DNA from: Paramicrosporidium saccamoebae KSL3
Taxonomy: Eukaryota; Fungi; Cryptomycota
Direction: 5' to 3'
Assembly: GCA_002794465.1 (NCBI GenBank)
Contig: MTSL01000201.1
Location: 1 to 16,596, forward strand
Length of the DNA stretch: 16,596 nucleotides
Part shown: piece by piece, positions 1 through 8,285 of the stretch
Layout: every line of letters starts with the position of its first letter
How positions within the stretch are numbered: position 1 is the first letter of the stretch
Notes under the pieces: model-generated
What the model saw: the letters and a program-made list of their open reading frames with translations, nothing else
Told to the model about the DNA's origin: nothing
The model's database searches: none
Program-made: the position numbers and the translations under genes

Positions 1-727
1 AGGGAAGTTGCCCGAAGAGTGAATAAGCATGTAAAGGATCAAATGAAAGAGTTGAATGATTGGAAAGAACGGTATGCTGTGCTCCAGACAAAACATGAAG
101 CATTGCAACACGAAATGCTACGTTCCCAACAGGCGTTTGAGAAAAAATGCCGAGAGTGGCAGGTTATAAAGGACACACTCTCGCAAAAAGAAAGGTTGAA
201 GGCGTTGCTAAGCACAATTGAAGACGCACCTTTGAAAATTCAAGGATCTCTGCATCCTAGCTCAACTCCCATCAAGCGAGACCCTTTAGATACTGACAAT
301 GGACAGAGTTCTGAAGACCCTATAAACTTTTTGGGCGATGTGATAAGCACTTGGCATGAGGATGCCGTCTCCGACCTTGATAATACACAAACAGCTTCTG
401 TGGCGGTTACCCGCAAGGCCATTACCCCAATGGTCACTACTCCAACGGCCATTGCTCCCTTGAAGCGACAAAGCCCGAAATTTTCTGAAGCAATGCGTAG
501 CAAGTCTGAACGAAAGCAAGCCCACGCAAGGGATTGTCCGTGCTGCACAAAGGTACATTTTTTTCATTCAGAGGCTTAGCCTGCCGTAGTTTTACAATGT
601 CGCCCGAGTTGGGGATTTAAAAGACCGACAAGAGCACTTGCAAGAAACCTCACGGCACCGGTATAGGAATGATATGCCCGGAACTCCGCCCGGATTCTGG
701 GACATTAACTTTACTCCGAGCGCGTAG
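1..727 (+). CDS. SAE2: Sae2/Ctp1/CtIP DNA end-resection factor, 5' partial; exons <1-552 and 590-727
   Basis: Frame 1 is open from base 1 (coiled-coil-like N-part). Removing intron 553-589 joins DCPCCTK to FYNVARVGDLKDRQEHLQETSRHRYRNDMPGTPPGFWDINFTPSA*, giving the CxxC, RHR and TPPGFW motifs of the Sae2/CtIP C-terminal domain. Confidence 0.9.
553..589 (+). other. Spliceosomal intron, 37 nt, phase 0
   Basis: gtacat...ccgtag; removal restores CxxC-x-FY...RHR. Confidence 0.9.
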
Positions 728-982
728 ATAGCCTATCTCACAAATACATCTTTCTTAATGTGGCATCTGGCATGGCAGACGAGCCGGGGATTTCGAGCCC
801 ATCTACCAATCAAAACTCTCCACCAGCCGGAATTTCCCAATCGGGAAATCCTGTCCCACTTTGACAAGGGTATCAACTGAGCGGGGAGTCGGACTGCGCC
901 TCTTGCACATCCCTAAACTTTCGGCCTTTGGAGTTGAAACCTGCTTGATCACCTCAGAACCGAATCGAGAGAGTAGTGGAAA

Positions 983-1802
983 ATGTCCAAACGAAAGCAG
1001 GTCAAGAACGCGTGCGGTACCAGTGTTTTCAGTGGCCTTTATTTTCGTAGTGAACTGTCAACGAGCCTGCAAAAAGTGCGACGACTGTCGACCCTGTACA
1101 CGATGTGTAAAGTACGGACTGGGCGAGAACTGCATAGATTCTGGGCGAAAGGAGCGGAAGCGCGGAGTAAAGCGTGGACCATACCGAGCAAGGGGTTTGT
1201 TATCGACCGAGTCTTCTTCGCCATATTCAGAAAAGTCGTGTAATAATCTGGCCGGACAAGATGATGCAAAAGCCTCAGAGGTGTGGAATATGTCGGATGC
1301 ATATGGTCGGCCGATGCGAAATGCACGCAAAGGGGTCAGCTATAAGGATGTCGGAAAGGAGGAGGAGAGCAGCTCAGATTCTGATTCTTCTGATGAACCG
1401 GTCACGCCAAAAAATGTTGTGACTGCTAAAGTGAGTACCAAGTCACTGCACTCGGCGCTCTTTAATATGGTGCTGAGTACGATGCACGGAGACTTTGAGA
1501 TTCCGCCTAGCTATCCTACGCTTCGAGATCTCGCCGCTGTCTGTGCAGAAGTTGTGGATAGAGGTTGTACAAAAGTCGATCCTGAGCCAATTTTGTTCAC
1601 TGATCCTTTTGAGGCTATTCGCAAGTTTAACAACACTCCCACCCCACCACCTCTGTTCCGGGATGTCCCCACTCCGCCAGGCACTCCACTGGGCTTCAAG
1701 CAACAGCCACACTATAATACCGTTTTTGCACCGGTCCCATTGCAAGTCCAGCAGCGATATCAATACGCCCAATATTCCAACTATTTAGCCCGAGATGTTT
1801 AG
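983..1802 (+). CDS. Zn(II)2Cys6 binuclear-cluster transcription factor (Ert1/Rds2/AcuK-like cluster), 261 aa; exons 983-1016 and 1051-1802
   Basis: Splicing gives MSKRKQVKNACVNCQRACKKCDDCRPCTRCVKYGLGENC...RKERKRGVKRGPY, i.e. C-x2-C-x6-C-x5-C-x2-C-x8-C. An in-frame stop at 974-976 fixes the ATG at 983. The 861 start in the ORF track lacks the first Cys. Confidence 0.9.
1017..1050 (+). other. Spliceosomal intron, 34 nt, phase 1
   Basis: gtacca...tcgtag; removal restores the first CxxC of the zinc cluster. Confidence 0.9.
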
Positions 1803-2295
1803 AATGCACCTGACTCTGCCCCTCACTTTATTATTAGACAGCCTTCATAGAACTTTAGACTTTTTTTACTAAATTCCTTATTTCTGGACTACTACAAGTG
1901 TGGCATAGGGACCGAGAGCTGTTTTTGTGAGGTAGAATGCCGATTACAGGGCGAATTTGTGAGGCGAATTCTTTTTCTGATCATGTCCAAATTGAGATTA
2001 TCTGAATGAATGTAATCGAATAAATGTACTTGAGAGCTAGCTAACATGAGAGGGCGAAAGGCGAAATAATTTTATAGACTCTCCTCAATAACGTGGTTGT
2101 TGGTGAGAGGATTAGTTATATCAGAGTATGCGGCACATGGACCACCACCCTCAGCACACCGGATCGTAGGATAGCTATCAGGGTTACCAATCCTAATACT
2201 GTTTAGCAGGCTTGCCGGATTAAGAATTAAGGAAGAAAGACAAAATTTACCGATTGGTGCCAACAAAGTTACCTCGCCAACCTTCTTGGCACAAG

Positions 2296-2301
2296 TATAA
2301 A
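2296..2301 (+). promoter_or_regulatory. TATA-like element
   Basis: TATAAA ending 26 nt before the ATG at 2328. Confidence 0.3.
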
Positions 2302-2327
2302 GCTGCTGCTGCCAGCGCAGCACTGTA

Positions 2328-2629
2328 ATGACTGATAAAACAGCCGAGCAAAAGTTTGGAGCCGTCGATCCGGATGATCTGTCTGAAGGAGTGCGGGTTG
2401 TCTATCACCCAGTGGGACATGCGACACAGACTTCGGTGGGAAAGATTGTCAAAATCTTGAAGCAACCTGAAGAAGTGGGAGTACGGCATACGGTCATCAA
2501 AGCGACTGAAGAGGAGCCTCGCTATGTAGCATTCCGCAGTGACTGATTGTGTAGGTGATTATGAATGAGCATACCCAAAAGGAAGCAGCTTACAAGCATG
2601 ATAACATTGTGGAGATTCTGGAAGACTAG
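2328..2629 (+). CDS. Hva1-like/DUF2945 Tudor-fold small protein, 90 aa; exons 2328-2525 and 2555-2629
   Basis: V.YHPVG...TSVGKI..IL..P......IKATEEEPRY|VIMNEHTQKEAAYKHDNI matches the pattern of fungal hypervirulence-associated Tudor-domain proteins as recalled. Confidence 0.7.
2526..2554 (+). other. Spliceosomal intron, 29 nt, phase 0
   Basis: gtagca...actgattgtgtag; contains an in-frame TGA, and removal completes the domain. Confidence 0.85.
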
Positions 2630-2939
2630 TCCCATCGGGTCGATGTATGTAAATAAATGCTAGTCATGGTGATGTGACGTAGAGGCAGAGGGTTGATTAC
2701 TTGAGTATTTGACATAGAGGGTTGATTAGTTGCTGGGTATTTGAGGACAGTGAGATGTGTATCCATACCATTATAGGATTAGCGATGAACAAACCCCCCC
2801 CCCTTCCCGCCTGACAGTCCATACTATTTGCCCCCACTACGCGACAGTAAATGGCCCTATTATAACTTGCAGATGCAGTCTGGAGATTCCGGAAGACTGG
2901 TCCCATTAGGTCGACGTATGTAAATGCTAGTCGTGTTGA
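2610..2939 (+). repeat. Imperfect direct repeat, copies 2610-2672 and 2881-2939
   Basis: tggagattctggaagactagtcccatcgggtcgatgtatgtaaataaatgctagtcatggtga vs tggagattccggaagactggtcccattaggtcgacgtatgtaaat----gctagtcgtgttga: 7 substitutions and one 4-nt indel by hand alignment. Confidence 0.9.
2687..2744 (+). repeat. Short tandem duplication, 29-bp offset
   Basis: agagggttgatta at 2687-2699 and 2716-2728, each followed by gtatttga. Confidence 0.8.
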
Positions 2940-2996
2940 ATGGCTTTATTACAACTTGCGATTTACAGCCTGCAGCTTACAGATACAGTCTGCAGG

Positions 2997-3536
2997 CTAT
3001 AGGCCCCCAAATACCTTCATGAAACACAGAATTACAAACAAGTACAGTGCAAAATCACCCGGAACGGCCCCTATCGACACCCGTCCAATGGTATATTCAA
3101 TTATTTCAACTCCACAGAATGAAGTCAGCAATACCTTCCAAGGCTCCATCCGCGTCAAAAAAGAGTGGCCCGACGCCCATTCTCCGTAATTGACATGGCG
3201 GTTCCAGGACAGAAAGAGGACTGCACTCACAAGAATAATTAATGTGTGTCGCACCTGCGTGGACCAGGCGCAGCCAATGGTCCCGGCCTTACTCTTGGCT
3301 TTAGAATTGGAATTAGATGCAGAACTTTGGTCCTCAGCTGCTGGCTTTAGACTTCCTATTCCAGCAGCCGCGACTTCTGAAAAGGAGGGCGATGGCGTGC
3401 GCTCCAGCTGCACTTCCTTCGGGTCTACTGTCCTTCCTGATGCCATGGACATGATTTTTGCCAGCCTATCCTCTCTGGATGCCAGAATCCTCTCCTTTCG
3501 TCGCTCTCTTGCCTCTCCACTGTCTGGCTCAGTCAT
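2997..3536 (-). CDS. GET2: Get2/CAML-like ER insertase subunit for tail-anchored proteins, 179 aa
   Basis: N-terminal basic motif EARERRKERILASREDRLAKI, a disordered linker, and three C-terminal hydrophobic segments ending GDFALYLFVILCF. Start placed at MTEPD (3536), not 3671. Confidence 0.75.
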   Translation of the reverse strand: MTEPDSGEARERRKERILASREDRLAKIMSMASGRTVDPKEVQLERTPSPSFSEVAAAGIGSLKPAAEDQSSASNSNSKAKSKAGTIGCAWSTQVRHTLIILVSAVLFLSWNRHVNYGEWASGHSFLTRMEPWKVLLTSFCGVEIIEYTIGRVSIGAVPGDFALYLFVILCFMKVFGGL

Positions 3537-3732
3537 GCCGGTCGACGAATCAGAGCAGGTCCGGGGCGGCTGTTTAGTATCTTCTTCCGCGCAGGACGCC
3601 AATCTATACCGTCTGCCGTAGCTAGACTGTAGAGGACGCCTGCTTGTTTTACACCGGAGGATTACGAGCATACCTAGGAAGCGTCCGAGGACGTCCCCGA
3701 CAAAGTCTAGTGGACTAGAAACGAGGACCGGA

Positions 3733-6077
3733 ATGAGTGCTCTTACGTGTCCTCACTTTGAGCTTCTCCCCTATGCAAAGATGGATCCGAATAATCAGAA
3801 CGACGAGCTGCTACTAAAGTTGAGGGTGAGGCTTTGCTTCGGGCTGCTAATTTGATAGAAAAAGATTGAAAAGGAAAAGGGTTGCCAATTATGTGGCAAG
3901 TCGAGCAAGACTAATTACATCTGCCTCAATCCTGACTGCTTGTTTGTGGGATGTGGCAGAGATGATAAACGTCATGCCCTTGAGCATTACCAATTGCGCC
4001 ACAAGCCAGATGACAGCCGATATCACGGCTTTACGCTGAATACGCTGGCGTACCAATGCTGGTGCTACGAATGCGATGATGTGATTTCGCCACCAGTTTT
4101 TCGAAACATGGAGCCTGATGATGCGGCCACCACCGTTTCAAGTCTGAATTCAACAAGCAACCGAAGAAAGAGCTCCCGTGCGTCAGTGGTACAACTTCCC
4201 AATGGAATTGGTACAGAGACACGGCCATCCCCTAACTGATTTTAGTTGGCCTATACAACTTGGGAAATTCATGCTACATGAATGCAGCTCTCCAAGCGCT
4301 TTTGAATTGTCCATCAATCATGGGATTTTTTCAAAAGTGCTGCGGATTTGTCTACCGTCATGGCAATCGAAGAATCTCGGAGAGCATGTGCAAACTGGTG
4401 GACATGATGTTTTCAGCCAACATGTATCAGTGTGGTAATTATTTGATGGTTAGGCAAGTTGTATCGCCCAGTCGATTGGTGCGAGAGGTAAAGCTGATTA
4501 ACCCAATGTTCCACGGATATACCCAGCAAGACACCATGGACTTTGTCCGTTGCATCTTTGAACGCATCCATGACGAAATTAAAGCACGAATACCCTGCCA
4601 CGAACATTCTTCCGATGCTGACGGTGCCAATAGCAGGCGAAAATCGGAGAGGCTAGCTAGACAAGAGGAGAACAGAAAGAACGGCAAATCAAAAGACCAT
4701 CCGCAGTATCGTAGCATTATTAGTGATACTTTTGGAGGACTCCTCCGCAGCGAGATTAACTGTCTCACCTGTAGCAACATTTCCGTCAAGGATGATCCAT
4801 TTTATGATGTCAGTGTGCAAATATGCGCCACTCCGGAGGGTTCCAAGCCCACAAAAACGTCATTTGGGTACATTGGTAATTTATTTTCCTCATTGGGGGA
4901 GTCGATTGGCCTAAACGGGAAGCCCGTTAAACTAGAGACTTGCTTGGCAGCATTCTGTGCACCGGAAACGCTAGAAGGAAAGGATCGGTACAAGTGCGAA
5001 AAGTGCAATTCATTGGTGGACTCTAAAAAGTCACTTAAATTCAAAGAGCTCCCACAAGTTCTGTGTCTCCAATTGAAGCGGTTCAGACACGAGTCATATT
5101 TTTCAAGCAAGATCGGGACCCATGTATTGTTTCCCATTGACAATATGGACATGTCGCCATATCTCCATCCGGCGGCTTCGGAGGAGAGCAAGAGAGAGAC
5201 GCGATATTACTTGTCGTCAGTGATCAGCCATCGAGGGACATTTAGTGGAGGTCACTATGTTGCCTACTGCCGAAGCCTCGCTGCTGGCCAATGGCTCGAA
5301 TTTGATGACTCTACCGTGACAGTAGTTTCGGAAGAGGAAGTTGCCAAAGTGCAGGCCTACACACTGTTCTATTCACTGGTTGACTGGAACGCTCGCAGGG
5401 AGAGAGAAGAGTGGGTATCCATCATTAGCGAGGCTAAGCCTGAGGAAACTGACGGTGTCTATATTTCTCGGGAGTGGTACAATCGATGGTGCACCATGGC
5501 AGAACCTGGTCCTCTGGACAATAGCGAGCTTGTGTGTCCGCACGGATACTTGTCATGCGAAGCATTGGTAGATCCGGTGGAACTGGTTCAATTTCTTCCG
5601 ATTGATGCATATAATGCCCTGTCTTCCCGACATGGAGAAGTCTCTGAGATTGCGCCCTTGAAGAGTCCCGTGGTCTGTGCCCAGTGTATTGAAGAGGAAA
5701 AGGCCTTGGATGCACGACGGAAGCAGGAAGAAAAGGACATACAATCCCTCGACACGAGCGCCATCAAACCGGGCGAGTTTTGGTATTTGATCAGCTCCGA
5801 ATGGCTTGTCGCCTGGGGCCAATTCAAATCCACCTGTGCGCCTCCTCCCGGTCCCATCAGCAACGATCGTCTCATGCGTGGCACTGAGCCCCGACCCAAC
5901 CTCCTCCGTGGCACCCATTACCGAGGTGTTAATCGAAACGTATGGCACTACTTTCACGGAGTGTATGGTGGCGGTCCGGTGCTAGTGAGAAAGTCTATAA
6001 ACATTTACGGACCTGAGCCGGAGCGACAAGAGGTGGACTCGAGTGATGAAGTGTATGTAGACGTAGTGGGGCAATAG
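3733..6077 (+). CDS. USP20/USP33-type ubiquitin C-terminal hydrolase (zf-UBP + USP + two DUSP), about 748-758 aa; exons 3733-3825, 3859-4210, 4246-6077 (possibly split at 4424-4453)
   Basis: zf-UBP (CPH...CQLC...CLNPDC..VGCGR...HALEH...CWCYECD); Cys box VGLYNLGNSCYMNAALQAL; QQD; His box GGHYVAY and FDD; two DUSP-like segments (SREW...EPGPLDN; SSEW...PPGPISN...YGGGP). Confidence 0.93.
3826..3858 (+). other. Spliceosomal intron, 33 nt, phase 0
   Basis: gtgagg...gctaatttgatag; branch-like GCTAAT, contains in-frame stops. Confidence 0.85.
4211..4245 (+). other. Spliceosomal intron, 35 nt, phase 1
   Basis: gtacag...cctaactgattttag; removal restores GIVGLYNLGNSC. Confidence 0.92.
4424..4453 (+). 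other. Putative in-frame, stop-free intron, 30 nt
   Basis: gtatca...ggtaattatttgatggttag; size and ends match the other introns. Confidence 0.5.
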
Positions 6078-6192
6078 TAAAGAGTGTATCATGAGCATGT
6101 GGGATTTATGAGATAGATATTAAGAAGTGTACTGCGTGTAAGAGAGATTTATATTGTACATGAGATTGGAATTGCACCCAAGAGTATACTGT

Positions 6193-6235
6193 AATAAAGG
6201 GTGTTGTGTAAACGTGAGGGATGTGGTGTAATAAA
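6193..6235 (+). terminator. Tandem poly(A)-signal candidates of the USP gene
   Basis: TGTAATAAAG twice (AATAAA at 6193-6198 and 6230-6235) in a TGTA-rich 3' region. Confidence 0.4.
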
Positions 6236-6477
6236 GACTGGTTATCTATGATCTACAGATTCACGAGGCTGGTGCTGATACATTTTCTCATGCTAGACCC
6301 TTCATCTCTGATCTATAGCTACACGCTCTCATAATAGACTCTCTTAGACTATATGCATCTTGGATGAAGCAAATTTCCCGCGAGTTTACATATCAAAACA
6401 GTATACAATACTTTGGTCCGTATACAACAGCTATGTATCATGAAACAGTAAACAAAGTTTTGCTGTACACAGCGGCT

Positions 6478-6696
6478 TTATTCTTCCACAGATACCGACG
6501 CCTCGGAATCAGAAGACTCGGGTTCAGGACGTTTCCGGTCCTCTGGACTGGCTTCTATAATTTTGGAAATGGTCTCGTTAATGCGGATACGGCATTCCTC
6601 CATCGAACCACTCTCACTGTCAACTGGAATCGAAAGACTTCCTGTGCTCCCCTCGCCCAAACACCATTCTGCCTCTATTTTTACAATCGTGGGCAT
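6478..6696 (-). CDS. Small acidic protein, candidate Gon7/C14orf142 KEOPS subunit, 72 aa
   Basis: MPTIVKIEAEWCLGEGSTGSLSIPVDSESGSMEECRIRINETISKIIEASPEDRKRPEPESSDSEASVSVEE: two predicted beta strands, an amphipathic helix containing INE, and an acidic tail. Confidence 0.5.
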   Translation of the reverse strand: MPTIVKIEAEWCLGEGSTGSLSIPVDSESGSMEECRIRINETISKIIEASPEDRKRPEPESSDSEASVSVEE

Positions 6697-6789
6697 GACG
6701 TGATGGATAAGAATAATCAATTCTCGTAGGGATCAGCATTGTAAAAGATAGTCTTACATCGTTAATTGACACTGCCATTGAATTCATAA

Positions 6790-6881
6790 GAAATTGGACC
6801 CCATCTCTTGGACTTGCAAAAATAGACCTTAATATACACTATAAGGATGAGCAAGATTTCCAATTTCGTACTCCCAATTTC
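6790..6881. promoter_or_regulatory. Three CCAATTTC boxes in the Gon7-like/ODC divergent promoter
   Basis: gaaattgg 6790-6797 (minus strand), ccaatttc 6860-6867 and 6874-6881. Confidence 0.4.
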
Positions 6882-6915
6882 ATTATGCACCCCTGTTTAG
6901 TTTCCCAGCCGCAAC

Positions 6916-7952
6916 ATGACTGTCGCAGCCAGTGGTACGATTGCCTCTCAGCCGTGTATGATTAATAGCAAAGACTAGCAACCCCTCCTCAGCCTCTCCA
7001 GTCCCACCACGACCATTGCCCTTTCATTTGCAGTTTGTCGCCGGAGCCATTGCCGGCGTGTCGGAGATTGTCACCATGTATCCCCTTGACGGTATCTTAA
7101 AAGTTCATGCTAACCGTCAGTGGTAAAGACACGTCTCCAGCTTCAGGTGGGAAAGAGTGCCGAGAATTACACATCGATTGGCGATTGTTTCCGCAAGATT
7201 ATCAAGCAGGAGGGATTTGGACGACTGTACCGCGGCATCATGGCCCCCATTCTGGTGGAGGCGCCTAAGAGGGCGACCAAATTTGCTGCTAATGAGCAAT
7301 ACTCCAAGTTGTATCTCGAACTGATGGGACAGCAAAGGATGGACCAAAAGCTATCTATTCTGACTGGTGTCTCGGCTGGAATTACCGAGGCCTGCGTGGT
7401 AGTCAGCTTTGAGCTGGTGAAGATCCGAATGCAGGACAAGAATAGCGCCGGCAAGTACAAGAACACTTTGGACTGTGCAGTAAAGATCTTCCGTGAGGAG
7501 GGTCCATTTGCCTTTTTCAAGGGCCTGGAGGCGACTGTCTGGCGCCATGCAGCCTGGAATGGCGGATATTTTGGGGTGATCCATGGAGTCCGGGAAGCGC
7601 TTCCCAAGGCTGAAACGCCACAGGGGAATTTGATGCGAAACTTTGTGGCGGGATCCATTGGAGGCACGGTGGGGACGATCCTCAATACGCCATTTGATGT
7701 GGTCAAGACTCGGATCCAGAATCAGGTAATTCTGCCAGGTCAGCTTCCCAAATATAATTGGACTCTGTCGGCTGTTGGCATGATTGCCCGCGAGGAAGGG
7801 TAATACGCTCTGTTGTGTTGATTTGTAGGTTTGCAGCGATATATAAGGGATTTGTGCCCAAGGTATTGCGATTGGGTCCGGGTGGCGGGATTCTCCTGGT
7901 GGTGTTTGAATCCGTCTCCAATGTGATGCGCAAAATATACTACGACCAATAA
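6916..7952 (+). CDS. ODC1: Mitochondrial 2-oxodicarboxylate carrier (SLC25A21/Odc1-2), 314 aa; exons 6916-6934, 6969-7091, 7121-7799, 7829-7952
   Basis: Three carrier repeats (YPLDVVKTRLQ, VSFELVKIRMQ, TPFDVVKTRIQ) and ODC-type motifs VEAPKRATKFAANEQY, RHAAWNGGYFG, VLRLGPGGGILLVVFE. Confidence 0.93.
6935..6968 (+). other. Spliceosomal intron, 34 nt, phase 1
   Basis: gtacga...attaatag; links the ATG at 6916 to the carrier frame, bypassing the TGA at 6959. Confidence 0.75.
7092..7120 (+). other. Spliceosomal intron, 29 nt, phase 1
   Basis: gtatct...gctaaccgtcag; restores YPLDVVKTR. Confidence 0.95.
7800..7828 (+). other. Spliceosomal intron, 29 nt, phase 2
   Basis: gtaata...gttgatttgtag; restores EEGFAAIYKGF. 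Confidence 0.95.
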
Positions 7953-8070
7953 ACTCGCCTTTGCACTATGATGGACAAATACACCAGTAGGCCTCAAGAT
8001 GCGCTCAATATACTATTGCTAATCTTTACTAGGATGTATGAATACATCAATAGACCACTAAAATGCTTAG

Positions 8071-8215
8071 ATAACACTCACCAGAATAACAGGCCAACAA
8101 TAATGACCAGGAAAACACTGATAACAATGACCAGGAAAACATTGATAATAACGACCAACAAAAGATGCTGACAACACTCGCCAGCAAAAACACTGGCAAC
8201 ACTCCAGAAAAATAG
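8071..8215. repeat. Degenerate 24-bp minisatellite, about 6 units
   Basis: Core units acaataatgaccaggaaaacactg (8097-8120), ataacaatgaccaggaaaacattg (8121-8144), ataataacgaccaacaaaagatgc (8145-8168), with more diverged units on both sides. Confidence 0.85.
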
Positions 8216-8256
8216 GACCACAACTCGCTTTGCATGGCAACAAATTCGCCTTTATA

Positions 8257-8285
8257 CTGAAATGTTACAATGTCATTCCACCTAC
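8257..8285 (-). other. Putative intron, 29 nt, phase 0
   Basis: gtaggtggaatgacattgtaacatttcag; contains the Spo12-like stop codon and joins in frame to the 8047-8235 ORF. Confidence 0.45.

Noticed and set aside
829-851. GGAATTTCCC matches an NF-kappaB site
   Set aside because: Rel/NF-kappaB is not known from fungi; the match is explained by the small hairpin or by chance.
861-982. N-terminal extension of the transcription factor in the ORF track (TTG start at 861)
   Set aside because: That frame lacks the first zinc-cluster Cys; ATG 983 plus a 34-nt intron gives the complete motif.
2072-2323. 83-aa minus-strand ORF
   Set aside because: Non-ATG start, no recognisable motif, and it overlaps the likely Hva1-like promoter.
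2687-2728. AGGGTT as a telomeric repeat relic
   Set aside because: Only two isolated hexamers inside a 13-bp duplicated word; no tandem TTAGGG array.
3537-3671. 45-aa N-terminal extension of GET2
   Set aside because: Family similarity begins at MTEPD; the extension crosses the motif-rich divergent promoter.
6078-6360. Purine-rich then pyrimidine-rich symmetry suggesting a fold-back element or ncRNA
   Set aside because: Longest inverted matches found are about 8 bp; convergent 3' UTR compositional bias explains it. No snoRNA box pair or tRNA fold seen.
6364-6729. 121-aa plus-strand ORF
   Set aside because: Antisense to the more protein-like Gon7 candidate and has no recognisable motif; not fully excluded without expression data.
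8058-8081. 24-nt GTGAGT...TTTTAG intron candidate on the minus strand
   Set aside because: Below the observed size range, overlaps a minisatellite unit, and would not change the stop.
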